From Tubiluchus corallicola (Eukaryota > Animalia > Priapulida): a stretch of DNA of 64,000 nucleotides. Location: the NCBI GenBank assembly GCA_030141605.1, contig JAQGDQ010000001.1:2294001-2358000 (forward strand). Direction: 5' to 3'. A model generated the notes under the pieces. It did not search any database, was not told where the DNA came from, and saw only the letters and a program-made list of their open reading frames with translations. Below, in pieces: positions 37,501-52,500 of this stretch (positions within the stretch are counted from its first letter, which is position 1; each line of letters opens with the position of its first letter). The position numbers and the translations under genes were made by a program.

Positions 37501-40500
37501 GTGAATAAATCATAATATCTCAATCAGTCCATTTTAAACAACCAAACAGAGTAAAACGTATTACTTACATTTTGACAACTTATGAAAGAAACCACTTTCT
37601 TCTTGTAGTGGAGTTCCACTGTCACTCCGTTCACTGGAATGTGGACTAGACGGTTCTGGGGAAGTAACTGATTTCGGCTGAAAAGAAGTTCTTTATCAGA
37701 ACTTTTATATTCCAGCAATAAATGGGAATGTAATATTAATCCCATGAGCAATCCAAAATGTAATTAATGGTTAGTCAGGCCATTTATTATCCTTGAATGC
37801 ACATTATTTTAAGAAAAATTCAACAGCAGCTGTACAATGTGTCTTTCTGTTATATAAATTGAAGAAAAACATATAAATTTCAATCAGAAATCAACAATCA
37901 CACGTATATATGTAACCTCAATTATTTATACATGTAAGAAGAAAAACAATTTATGCATGCTTACCAGCTTAAAAATGACTTCTCTGATGGAATGAAACCA
38001 CTCATTAGCATTAAGCACATTGTCCGTTTGTAACAAGTACTGGTCCCCATTGCTTAACGTCAACTAAAAATGTATCACAATTTCAAATTAATAAAAATCA
38101 TCACAAAACATAGGAAATGGTGTATAGAAAATTTAGACAAAAATGAATATTTGAAACTATTACATGAATTTAAATTTTGCTGCGTTAGTTTAATTTTGCA
38201 AATGATATTACTATAGTTAATAACAAATACAACACTAATTAATTCCATGTAAAAAATGTTAACACTTACAAATAATACAATACTGCAAATCCACATAACA
38301 ACATAAAACTTCATAACTCTATCACACATCAGACTAGAGAAACACTGATTATGTATCAATCACGTGCATACAACCAGCAAATAAAAATGTTAAAATAAAA
38401 TGAAAATATGCTGAAGTGGAAGTCACTGCAATATTTCCACACACTGATTTTGATCACAAAATTAAAAGAAAATAAAAAAGTAATTACCAAGCAGACATTC
38501 TTTTTGCTTGACTTTTCTTTGGTCCACTCTAACGAACAACCAGACAAATCCAAGACATCTTCTGGGTGACTAAATGATGGCATTAATGTTGGAGATTTCT
38601 AAAATGTGAAAACAAAAGCATAACCACATTAGAAGACTTTCTAATAAGAAGCTTTACTTAAAATATAGCATGTTTGAAATGTTAAGCAATGTTAGTTTAC
38701 ATCTTGAACCATACTGGAGGGAGCGTGTAGTTTCAATTCAATGTACAATAAACCTGAACCCAAATAAAACATCAAGAGGCCACTTTAATTAGCTCAACAT
38801 AGATTGAACATAAGGAAATACAAGTGAATCATAAATCATTCACATATCAGTCTGGCGATAATTTTTTCGGTCAGAACGAGTGAATTAAAAAAAGTTCCAA
38901 TTCCTTTCTCTTGTTTGGATTTCCTTTTTGTTTTTTAAGTTAATTTTCGTCATTAGGGACATTTTAAATGCTTCATAAACTTTAATAGTTACAAGTAATT
39001 TATTTAATACTTCTGTAGTCTAAATTAGAAACATTTAACACGGATGAGCAAGGTCTTACATTAGGGGATTTTGTCTCCTTGTAAAGCCAAAGAGTTGTTC
39101 TTGTCAATACGACAAAGACAACACACCAATTTTTTCTGAAAACAAATAAAATTAAACAGTATTATTACATTGTCTTGTTTTTCCATGCAAAGAATTACAA
39201 ATGCAGAATTTCTTGAAATGTAAGAAAGCTTTGAAAATATCAGTTGAAAGTATCAGTAAAGATATGTAGTTTACGCAAATATGCAAAATTGTAAGCTCTG
39301 TAATTAATGTCTACAAGCTTTTTAAAACAACATACATTAAACGATCAAGAATTGAGAATTTTGTTTCAAGAAAAATCAGAAGACTACTTTAAGAGACAAT
39401 TCTGTTTGTAGGTATACTATGCAAACCAAATTTTTCTAATTAATGTAATGATAAAATTTAACTGCAAAATGCAACAAAATTTTCTTGTACAGAACCAGCT
39501 TTAATAACTTTGAACTCCCTATCCACTAGATAACTATTTTAGTTACAAGGTTTTAGACTTTCAAAGTATAACAACTTACTTAATTTTTTTACTAGCTTCA
39601 CAAATTTTTGTCTTATTCATTGTTCCTTGTTTCATAATACCCTAAACAGATAAAAAGAAATACTAATGAAAGTACAATTACAGACATATAAAATACACAT
39701 TATCAAGGAAAAGAAAACTGTCAATTTGTGATTTGTGATAGTAACACAAGTAAAACTGCGGATACTATCATGAACAGTTTTTTATATGCAGTTTGAACTT
39801 GCAAATTTCACAAAATATTGTGAGCTTGCAAAACCATTTAACTAATTATTTTAGTGTTTTAAGTAATATAATCTCAAACTTCTGCCTGCTTAAAGCCATC
39901 GAAGGCATGACCAAACAAATATTGACTTACTGCTAGCTTTTTTACTTCAGACCATTTTGTAAGAAATACTACAGAAGTGAACAATTTTATATTTCATTAT
40001 GGTTACCATCTTTTTGCTATTTCTTAATTATTTATTTAATAATTTTAGTTCCTCAAGGCAGGTCAATATAGAATCACACAATTATGAATAGCAGTTTGTT
40101 TGCAACATTTTCATAAGTTAGTGTCAAAGATAACGTCATGTGTGGTTATTGCACTCAAATGTCTAAAAATCATTAAAAAAATTTATCCACATCGGCAAAG
40201 AAAACTAGCATGTCGGGTTTGCTTACTGTTTTGTAAATGCTATGCTATACAATGACAAGCGCACAATAGAATTACAGATGACAGGTTAAGTAACTAATAG
40301 TCGAGCAAACAGATCTCTAAACTTAAACTCAAGTGCAATACATTATGCTTGCCACTTCAAAATGTTATTGTAAAATGACCTACAAAAATAAATTATGACT
40401 AACCAAGAATTTTAAAAAGATATAGGAAAATATATCTGAATGCATAATTCGCATTGGCAAGTACAGTAGGGCTATTCAGAGCATTAAGTCAATATCTACC

Positions 40501-43500
40501 ACAAGAAATTTTTCATACAATACCATTTCATTACATTTGTACAATACTGCTAACATACTCTACAGTATGTCAGAGGAACTAAACAAATCTACTGAGAAGA
40601 GAGTTGTTACTAATCTACTAGACACCTTCAAAAGCAAGAAAAAAGTATATAAGTCAAATTGTTACTAGAACTAAGCAAACATGACCCATTATTATTCTAT
40701 ATAATCACGAAATTGTTCTAGCGAGCCAACAGTTGCATACATACACTTACTTCACTGTAATCACATGGATACCATAACGGCCCAGAACGAGTGATATCTG
40801 TGGTGTAAAAAAATGATGGGACAACTTCATCTTCTGGTATTAAGGGCTGCGATTCAGTAAACATTGATTGACTTTTTATTAAGCGTTCATTGCGAAGGTT
40901 ACGATTTAGGCTGATCTGTTCATGGTTGTCATTTTCTGAAGCCCGTCGAAATGTACGCATAACCTGTAGATGTGTATAACAAAAAATGTGTATTATTAGC
41001 TGTGATCACAAACGTTTGTCAGGCGACAATTACTGGGCAATTTTACAACAAACATAATCATTTCTCTCTGTGACACACCAAGTTTTCAACAAGTGAAAAT
41101 TAAGAGCATCCTGTGTGCCACAAACCAGAAGTTTATAGCGAGGTAAAAAGGTCAATGGCGGGGTGTGTGCTTAGCAACCAAAGTTAAGCAAAGCTGAGTC
41201 TGATAAGTAACAGATTTGTGTCGCCCAGGTTTCAAAACTGTTTCAGGACAATTTCATCTGCTATACTGTATCAGAATATATTAACATATGATGTTCTGAA
41301 CATATCTAGGATGGTCAAGACACATCTGTGGATACAGCAGCCCATCTCAAAGGATTATATTTGATAATGGGGTAAAATTCCTTTTATGCCACAACAATCA
41401 ACATTAAGTAATGCAAGCTTTTGACTGTTAAATCTCAGTTTACAAAGTACCGCATGCACACTATGAATGTTAAAAATTTAAAAAGCCATAAAAAATCACC
41501 TGTTCTAGCAAGCTTTTGTATAATCGAATACTATATGACTATGTGATAATTGATAATCTCTAAAAATTTGGTCTACGATTTTATGCTAACACTTTTTACC
41601 AGTGCTATAATGTAATTTTTATATGATTTTTTTCATGATTATTATTATTATTATTTAAACTAATTTTGTTAGATTTTAAGTGATTCTGTCATAATTTAGC
41701 ATGATTTTTTGTGCCATTTGTACAGCACCAAATTTCCTTATTTCCTTATTATAGTAAGTGCTTGCAAACAAAAAATCAGTGAATTTCAGAAAATGTTTTA
41801 GGAAATATATTATTTATAATCTTAATTCCAAGGCAAACAACTTTTGATACAATAAAACTAGAGTGCAATTTAAATATCTTACTGCACTATGCAACTAGTT
41901 TAGGAGACAGTAATCTTACATTGTTTCATTACATGTAAATTGTTGCAAATAGAGACCAATTATTTTATAATTTTTAATGTAAGCTATAGGTACTCTTCAC
42001 CACTAAGAATGCGTACAATATGTACATGAAACGTAAGTAAACAGCAATAAAATCAGCATGTTATTATGTGTGGCTGTCTTGATATTGGCGCCGATATTAT
42101 AGTTTCAGACTTGTACGAGTACTGGGAGTACATGTGGACTCAATCTCAACAGATTTTTCTTTTGATTTGTTTGTTCAAAAATTTGCTACTGTGTGTTTAT
42201 ATATATATATATATAAGTATTTAAAAAAAGCCATGACAATGTTGTCATTACTTGATCAAACAAGGTGAACATAACTAATTTATAGAGAAAAAATGGAGTT
42301 TTTTTATATAGTTTCCATTGAATTGCTTTTGGCTCACCTATGAACAAAAAAATGCGTCAAGATTTAGAAAAATGCATTAATAATTTAAAATTGACATACA
42401 GGCGGTGGTCCATAGACACCAGCGTCATCTGCTTCAGTGATCTGATTACTTTCTTGCACATACTGAACATCCTAAAAAAAGTGAATCAGAAATCATAACA
42501 TAAACAGCAGTTTTAGCTAAGCTTCAAGTCAAAATTATACACCAGACAATGCAGACAACAAAACTAGGAACTGTGAATCAATTAGTTTGTCGGTGAACAC
42601 AAAACTGCAAGAAACTTACAACTCCAAAACATTAAGAAGCTGGGCAACCAAATTTAATTGCTTTTAGTATCAAACGAGGGCATGTTATACTGTACTGTCT
42701 TTGAGTTTGTGGTTCAAGGTTTAGATGAGGTCTAACCAAACCAATGTACAATTTCAATATAATTTCTTTATGTCCAGAAACGATGTGCCTTTTTATGATC
42801 CTCAAAATCTTATTTGCTTTATTAACAGAAGCTACAATACCTTGCAGAAAAATTTAAGTCTGATGTTATCACATCAAAATCATTTTACTATATGAACTAA
42901 AAGAGTTCACATTCATCAATGTTAAATGCAAGCCATTATTCCAGCTACAAAATTGATCAATATCATTCTGTATATCATATCAATATGAATCTGTTACAGA
43001 GTTAATTGGAATATAGAACTTACAATTTACTTAAAGAACCTCAGTGTGAGTACTTTTCTGTAATCTCATATTAGATTGCTTGGTGTATATCTCACAACCA
43101 CAGTATTTACCTCACTAAATAGAGGTGTTAGATCTGAATGTCCAAGACCACATATCTATAATTCCTATTCATATACAATAAGGAGTTAAATTTGTGAAAA
43201 GAATTGTAAAATACCTAAACAAAAGACAGAGCTGTATAATCATGAGCATCAAGTGTGAAGGCTAGGTAAAACAGGAGAAGCAAAAGAAAACAGAATATAT
43301 ACTACGGGCTTAGGTTTATTATGGTTTTATTACTTCTTATTGGCCTAAAATATAACCTATATTACAATATAGATGTGTTTGCTGTAACATTCAATATGTT
43401 GTAATAATTCTACATAATTGATAACTACACTTTAACAAATACATTTCTCTATTTTCTATTTGCAGAGAAAGTATAGATATAAGGTAAATCTGCGTGACCC

Positions 43501-46500
43501 AGTAATACTAATAGAGACTGAAAGTGTTACTGTTTATCTAGTAATTAAAGGCTAAGTACTTAAAAAACAGTTGTCAATACTGTCCTAAGTGAAAAAGTAG
43601 TATAAATACAACACATCATCATGACATACGAAAACGAAGGTTTACAAGAAAAGTTTTTTTATTTGCCAACCTCTAAGCCGACTAAGCATGTAGATCGTAA
43701 CAACTGAAAGTGATACGATGTGGAAAACACACAATATTAGAATATTTCATACCTAACGTTAGCTATGTCACATAAAGTATTATTACAACAATCATTTAAC
43801 AAACTCTCTATTCTGCAAACTGCAATTAATGCCATTTACATGATAACATACGCAGACAACCAATAAACTGGTTTAAGATCTATAAAAAGAAAGGAAATAT
43901 TTGCTTTGGAAATGTTACAATAATGTGTTTATTGTTCCATTCTGACCCACTTAAGGAAACATATGAAACAAACGAGAATGCAATGTATTTATTAAGTACT
44001 TTGAGTAGTGTCGTCTAGAACTCAATAGATAAAGCAGATTCTAATTTCATAATCCGACAGAAGTACATGGCAGAAAATCAACACACAATAGAACATAGTT
44101 GAGCATTGTACAATGTACATTTCCTGATCTAGACTGTGAGCTCACTTGAATAGCTAAATTGTTTGCAAATCAAGGGGCAGAAAGTGCCAGAGTGAAAAGA
44201 GCACAACGCTTTGCTGAACATCTGCTGGCTTTCTGTAAATAGGACACAAAAAATCTGCAAGTATAATTCACAGTGTGATTACTGCGACTTGAAGGGCATT
44301 GTATTATACTAACTATAATTAAATGAAGGCAAGTTTTATTACAGTTGCATCACAAGGACTTTTCTGTTATGTATCTGTGCATCATGATATTTGTTGTGGT
44401 GTCATGTAGCTTAAGGGAATCATAAAATTACAGCAATAAAAAATAACACCATGCAAGATATGTCATAAGCTTCAACACAGAAGCAACGAGAAATCCTATA
44501 TTTGATTAATGGTAGCCAATCAAAAAGAAATGTTAATAAAGTAAAGTTTATAAAGTATGAAGAATTGTCAAAAACCGCGCCAAACTCAAACACTGTTAAT
44601 TATTTCATCAATTCGTACTTCTCACGGACTTTGCCGAGGCCTTATTGGTTTGTGTTGGAAAAAAATACGATCACGAACTTGCCAAATAGCTGAAGTATCG
44701 ATCACAGAGTCGAGACTACGAAATTTGTCATCTAGGATAACTGCAATTTCACTTGCTTAGTGACACCAAGTATGAATTAGGAATCCATTTAATACATGGA
44801 AAGTTATTATATTAAACTTTTGAATCCTGCCTTTTACCGAAATAGCCAAAAACTGCAGGATTGTGCAATTTGAAATTTCCTCACTATTTACAAATGCTTA
44901 AATTTATTACTGTACACTGCTGAATAAAATTTGTTCCTCATATAATACTGCTGATAGCACAAAACACAAGAAATAAATTGGTAGAAGTTTTCATCAGGTT
45001 AAACTGAGCTCGATTCTAACCAGTAGTAATCAAAGACACTACTTCATGGAGCAATACACAGTCTTACAGGTTAAAAAAGTGAAATCAGAGTTCTAAATCA
45101 TAAACCAATATAAAATCAAAAGTTCTATGACCCCAGCCAACAAAACACATTCCATGTCAAACTTATAATTACGACTGTTTTAATCAATAAAAACCGAGAG
45201 AAAGTGAATGATGTAAACAATCAGTTTAACAATTATGTGATTACAGTACTTACAGCCTACAGGATAACATCGTGCCAGATAGACCAGTAAAAAGCAGCAA
45301 ACAATAGCAGCATTGATCATTTTATTCTATGCACGTCTCGGGTGATCTAGTTTAAACCAGTAATAAACATGGCAAATTCTCCTTTACAGAAAATACGTCG
45401 TGGTGCTAGTTTTCTTATTTCTGTTTACTGCTATTACTATTTTAGTTAAGTCTAATCTAGCACTATTCTAGATTGACAGAAAACACATGTAATACTAGCA
45501 AAACTTATAGATAAAAAATAAAGCCAATCTGCTAATTAGATACTGAGCAGAAAATTATACAAAATGTACAAAATTAAATTTACGCATAGCTTGTGTCTTT
45601 CTAGTGCTAGTGTACTGCAAAATGAAATGATGCGTAGTAGCCCTTCCAGCAATTCGAGATAAATTTACTGGCTAGCCATACATCAATCTGCATCATAAAA
45701 AATACTGGCTAGATTGACTTACCTTATTTTGAACAATTAAGTTCATATGTTTTAGAAAAACACACAGTTTCACACAAGTATATACACAAATAAGTAATTC
45801 AATAACTTGGTGTTAATATAAAGTTACAATTACCTAAAACAATTGCTATTTAGTTCACAGCATTATCATCAAATAGATTATATAATTTATTTCCTACATA
45901 ATAAAGTTCACCTGTAGTTTCTAATTTTAAACGGTGAAACATACATCACTTTTAAACATTGTCATACAAATTACACTGGAATTGCTGTTTAGATGGGTTA
46001 GTAAGTTATACACACATTTTTTACATATTATACCAAAGTACTTTAAATTTAGTTGTTGTACAGGCATATACCCAGCACTACATGTAAATCATAGTCACAA
46101 TTAAAGAATGTTCTCATTGACATACATGTATTACAGGCTGCTTTTGACTTTCGCAGATTATAGTCATAAAAATTTCTCCTTGTGGCCATGCAGTGAAACC
46201 TGCTCTGGAAGGAAATAGATAATTGTTTCTTTATGTCATTCATATAATAAGCAAATTTTCTAATGAGTTTGTCTGCTCTGCAAGAGAACAAAGACCTTTG
46301 TCAAATAATATCTAAGTCATATCCATTATCTCTGTGAAATGATATGGCTGAGATTTTTTCTTTCTCAGTGGGTATTAAAACCAAATCATATGATCCAACT
46401 GTACCTACCGTTTGATGCAACATTGCCTAACTTGAGTACAACCAGGTTAGTTTTTTTTTACATTTATGATTATATTAAATTCTTTAGCAAAATCAACATA

Positions 46501-49500
46501 GACTTCAGTCAGTTCAAATGCAGAGGTTGTGGTAGCTGATAGACAAACATCATCTGCATACATTAGAAGCCTTATAGAAATGCTTGCAATTTGACAACCG
46601 AGTTGCAATAATGCCAGTTTCAAACTAAAATCTTCAAATTAGAAATTAAATAGAATGGGAGACATTTTACCCTTTGCCTGACTCCACTGCCAACATTGAA
46701 AACTTTGAAAACGTTTGGGTGCTGGCATCCCTATCTGACAAACAGATCCTAATTCATATGTAATAATCAACAGACCTATAACTACATTAGCGATATCAGT
46801 TTTCAACAATTTTATAATTAAAGCGATCAAAGGCATTTGATGCATCAATAAAAATTATGTGAACACTGCTTAGCCATCACTCACTTTTTTATAATACTAA
46901 TGCACATTTCTGTTCTCAAATTTTAGATAAAATCAAACTGATTAGGTGTCAAAGTGATGCACTCTTTGTATCTTTTTTGCCAAACTACTGAGCACTACCA
47001 AAATTTTACTAGTAATTGTAGACAACGCCATATGTCTATAATTTTCTATAATTATCTTTATTAGTAATTTTGTCAAGTGGAGCTATAACTGACAACAAAA
47101 ATGCATTTGGTAAAAAGCAATGAGACAGGCAGGAACTGTATAGCAACAAGAGAGGCCATATATCTGACACATTAGCAAAGAGTTTAGTTTGGAGTCCATC
47201 AGTTCAGCTGATTTGTGAAAGGAACGACATCAAATGGCATTATGAACTTCATTTACAGTAAATTTGTTAATAGGTCTAATATTTTGTTTTAATTGATTAG
47301 CTAGATTGCAATTTTTCGCAGAATTTAGGAGCTCTTTATAATGCTTTTCCCATATGCTACAAACATTTTTTTGCTCCACGGGCATCACCTGCTCGAGGAG
47401 GAAGGGGTAATTTAGCATTTGTCTCTTTTGATAAGAATCTGATTGCAAAAATTTTCAAGCAAGTTTGTCAGCATCAATGTTTTGTTGATTCCTTTTACAA
47501 TTACATAGAGCAAGCTGAAACTGTACATATTCCTGTCGCATTTGCATTGCAAGTGTGCCAAAGCATGGATTACCAAGCTGAATAACAATTAAGAAAACAT
47601 TCCCTTGAATATTGGCATCTTTCAGCCATGAAATTGTTCCATCTAGGTTTAACTTTAGTGTCTTCACTATCAGCTGTGAATGCATTCAAAAAATGTTTAT
47701 AGAATGTTGATAGGCCCTCCATGTGATCTCGTCAATCACAATAAATGTCACAGCACAAAATACAATCGCAGTCATATGGTACTGGTATTTCAACAAGCAC
47801 TTGTGTACCAGCAATGATTTAATGATATAATTAGTAGAGGCTTTGGTCCAGTCAACAGCATGGTTGGATGCAATTTGTGTTTGTGAGAGAGGATCACAGC
47901 GTCTGCTGAAGGTGTCATTTACTGAAATTGTGGGCTGATCAACATATCATATACATTTAAAGTAAGACATACAGGCCTTATAATCCGTGCTATTAAGTTA
48001 TACTTAATTTCAATGTTACCGATCTAAGGGTACAAACAATGTGATCTAACCAACTGCACGTATTGTGTACACCACTCATAAAGGTAAAAGAATCTGAATT
48101 TAGTAACATATATATAAAATACAATTATTGGCAGAATGAATTAAGATGAGTTCTTCAAAAAATCACTTGTTGGGATGGGCATTCTAGTCACCAGTGTTAG
48201 AAATCCATTACAATTATAATACTGTTAAAAAGCGAGTTTGTTATGTGTGGCGCAGTGCCACTGTCATCGAAACATTGCAGAGGTTCCTTCACTATTGCTA
48301 GTAATTTTCAGTCACCTGGTAACAGTACATGGCTCACAGTTTCTTCTCCTTTACTATTATATTATAATAATTATAATATCATAATATACATAATCTACTA
48401 AAACTGCCCTCGAACTGTATCTAACCATGGCACCACCCCTGGCACTTTCCCAAATTAAGGAGTTTAAGTTTTGCAAAAAATCAGGGGCGAAAAAAGAGCA
48501 TTTTGGTGGTTAGGAAAGCCCCTTGATGACCCTGATTTAAAAATAAATTATCAATGGAACTACAAGCGAGCCCTTTCTTTTGGTATATGGATTGCCATGA
48601 ATGGTGCAACTGTTGGCGCTGTAGTCAAGGAAACCACATATAAATTCATAGTGACATCCACAGAATTAAAATATAGATTATTTACAATAATAACTGTTTT
48701 TAATATTACAATTTACACACTGGGTGTATAAGATCAAATTTTAGTTTAAAGCATCTGCAGCATAAAAATTGCGACAGAAATGATAGCATAAATATCCTAT
48801 GTGTCGTGAAAACTCTGCTTTAACATACACTTCAAAAACCACAAGTAAAAATGAGTAATATTCTTTAAACTCACCAAATTTTTGTCAATCCTTATATATT
48901 CTTTCTCCCTTGTCGAGGAAGCACTGTTGCCAACAGTTGATACAAAACTAACCATCGTTTGTTCTTCTTCTTGTTGTGCTGATACACCTCTTCCTTCTTC
49001 TGCAACAATATTACAGTTTTCCTCACGTGACGTTTTCTCCAAAATGCAGGTCTCAACAACAAATTCCTCTGTAATGCATTTTTTTATATATTCTGTTTCG
49101 AAATCACAAGCGTATTGTTGGTGATTTATAGCTTGGTTAGGTACAAAAAATTCACTGTTTGGAGAGTCGTTCTTTGAGACTGAGCCAAGTCCTTCATCTG
49201 GTATGCTTGTTAATGATTTAGGTGAGCTTGGGAAGAAGCATTCATCATTATAAATTGACGATGGCTTGGAAATTATGTTAGTTGTTGGGCCATCAGAAGA
49301 TTTCAAATTGTTGGACTCCACTGTTTGATTTTTAGCTTCCACATGTATAATTGTGCTTTTCTGAAAGAACATTAAAAAATTAAGAACAAGAAATAATACA
49401 AAAGTAATATGCCATGATATCTGCCCATAAAAAAGCATTCAAGACACAACAAAGCAACCTTACTTGTCGTCAGAGTTCAAAAATTAAATGCATATTCATA

Positions 49501-52500
49501 TTGTCACTATTGTACAACTCTCAAAACGGAAATACTGAGTAAATTAAAATAAAAACCCAACCTTACCATCGTTTTTAGCAAAAGTTTAAGGAACATGTTC
49601 TGAAGCAACATGTTCGCCGATTTTGTAAAATAATCAATTGATTAAGTGAGCAATTATCTAATTTTACTGTTGTGCTGACTGTTTTCCCCGAGCACACTAT
49701 ACAGATTTCTGATCGTGAGACTGTTGATTTGTCACGTCATCACAGGAAGGCTGGTGATGTGCTTAGTATTTTAAAGGATAGACAGGACTACACTGATACA
49801 TGAATTTTTCCCAGATAGATTCTCTTAATGAACACAGCAATTTGCATCACTATAATCTCAATAAAATTTTACACATTTTGGTAAAAAGTTCAACTTCTTA
49901 AGATGCACGATTCCAGAGGTAAATGCAGTTAAAAGCGGCAATACCACACAATACCTTATGATACCGTAAGAATATATTATGCAGTCATTTATAGCATATC
50001 ATGTTGTATTGCACTAGCAAAAGTTTAAAATGGTTGGTAGTTTTCTTCTTAAAATAGCAAAAATACTTTTAAAATAGCTTTTTCAAAAGAAAGAACAAAT
50101 CATTTAGCATGTTGGGTTTATTTTACTGCTATCACATGAACTTAAAAAATATAACAAACAAATTTGCAGAAAACTGTTTATAAAGCACAAAATTAACTTA
50201 TACTACTGCAGTAAAGAAAGATGCGGTGATAGTACACTTTTAATGGTAATTGGCAGTGTGCTGCTCTTCTTTATTCGATGAAGGACAATTGGTGGAAAAA
50301 TGGTGAAAAATCAGGATTGCAACTTTACAGTGATGTTACAAATTACATTAGGCACTTATTGTACTTTTATTGTCGATAGTGTCCACAAGTATTGGGAAAT
50401 GACTACATAAATGGCTTTGTATTTCATGCAATACTTGCCAAATACTACACATGATAGGACTTTGCTTACTTTAGAGCAAATAAAAATGTGCTAAAACAGT
50501 GATATGCCAATCTCTCTACTAATTTATAATCATGTAGTATGGCAGTTAAATTTGGCACACTTTTACGGTAGAATTCCTTTTGAATAGTAATAAAGAGTTG
50601 AATACAGGCGTTAACATTTAATTAGATATAAATAGAATTGTTTCCTTTACTAACTGTCATGTAAACAATTAGCAAATCTAATAAAGGTGACAACTTTAAT
50701 TGTCTACTGATTTCCAATCAAGGATTAAAATCTCAGTTTAATAGTTTCTTTAAAAGTTTCTACTACTTATGAATTTTTATTATTTATTTGTTTATTTTTG
50801 ATCCAGTATATCTGAAAATAAATAAGTGGTTTAATTAGCTGAAATTTCTGTGCTTGATAATGTAAACCTGTTTAACTGTACTTACTTTCACTAAAAGCTG
50901 CTGTTTATTATTGCCTGCTGGCCACAGACTACGTTATGTGGGCGAAGCTTGCCGAGTTTAATATATACGCATGTATAGCAATGCGAATGTTCTGGTTATC
51001 ACGTTTTATTATTTAACCATCTTCAGTTGTCATATATATGATGTTCTTCTTCACAAATAGATGATTTTTATATACGTAAAAAATGACAGAGCTTTTACTT
51101 TGACAACTACATTATATAAAATCAATCTCTAAGGAACATCACACAATATCACATAAAGCATAGACCTACAAAGTTAGCAGTCTCAATTATTGTACAACAA
51201 TGTAATACTGTACCTATAAGTTATGGAAAGTGGTGTTAAAACTTGAATTTAATAAAGATTAATTATACCTGTTCAGTGTGAGGTGGCCTGTTTATGAAAC
51301 GAGGAGGTTTCCAGGTTGATTTCCCTGAAATGATGTTATAATAAAAGACACGTCCGATACTGTCTTGATGTTCTTCCCAATGGGCATCCAATCTTCGCAG
51401 TGGCTTTCCAGTAACACGAGTAGGTGGTGGCCCAAACGGACCCAAGAGAGGCAAGTTGGCGTAAGTGACTTGGTCATGAGTCCATTTGTTAAAAGCCTTA
51501 AAAGTAGTAGAAAGACTGCAGTTAGCAGATTGAGTAAACAGTACATTTCAATTGCCCTACCGGCAAACTGTTAATGTCCTGAAGTCATTTTTGTTTGAAT
51601 GTGCTTTTTCCATAATATTGATATTTTGAACAACATTTTTAGAATCACACTTTTTTACCTAACAAATAGAATGTACTACTTTTGCATATATAAAGAATAT
51701 TTTTGTAATTAAGAGAAATTAGCACAGTGACTGGAACAAGAAAATTGTGTTAAGCTGCAAAATGTGTAAAAACTTAAAAATATCGATTCATCACTTGACA
51801 TTGGTCAGAACTGTTCAAACAAAAAAAACTATACAAATTTCTGTATAACATTTGTCTAGTTCTACAAGTGATGCAACGAGTACTGCATTTTAATGTAGTA
51901 TTCTCCATCTAATTTGACTGTAAAATTACTTTAGATAATGACAGATTTTTAGCATACATGTACTTAGCCCAGCCCAGTAAGGATACTAAATGTAAATTTG
52001 TCCAGTAGCTATTCTCTGCGTATTTAATTTTTTATTTCTATGCACACATTGTGCAAGGCTGCATTCTGATAGTCCACATACTAATAGTAGATATCAATAG
52101 AATCAATAGTAAAGTACCAAAGTACTTATTTCATTAATGCTGACCCATGTTACATGACCTAAATACCGTAGATTTCTAAATCAAAATATCATTACTTCCA
52201 ATGGTATTTGCATACCATTTAACCGGGTTTTCACAGTGTTGTTAAACTTACTTCTATTTCCTGGTATTGTGTTTGCAAGCTTGTCCCAAAAGCTTGTTTT
52301 AACAGTCCAACAAAATTAATAAAGACAGTAAGTGAATTGTGCATGCTGGACTAGAGCCTATATGGAAAAATCTCTTAACACATTACGAGGAAAAGTTTGC
52401 AGTTTGTGAATGAGTTCACCACGTAAAACCCCACTGTGATGCAATGGATATAGTAATTTACATTAAAATTGTTATTACGACTTATTAATGATTTAAAATG

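Noticed and set aside
42250-42338. Extra RhoGAP exon candidate (GEPKAIQWKLY...)
   Set aside because: Open only when entered in phase 1, whereas the upstream exon ends in phase 0; the phase-0 reading hits a stop with no donor.
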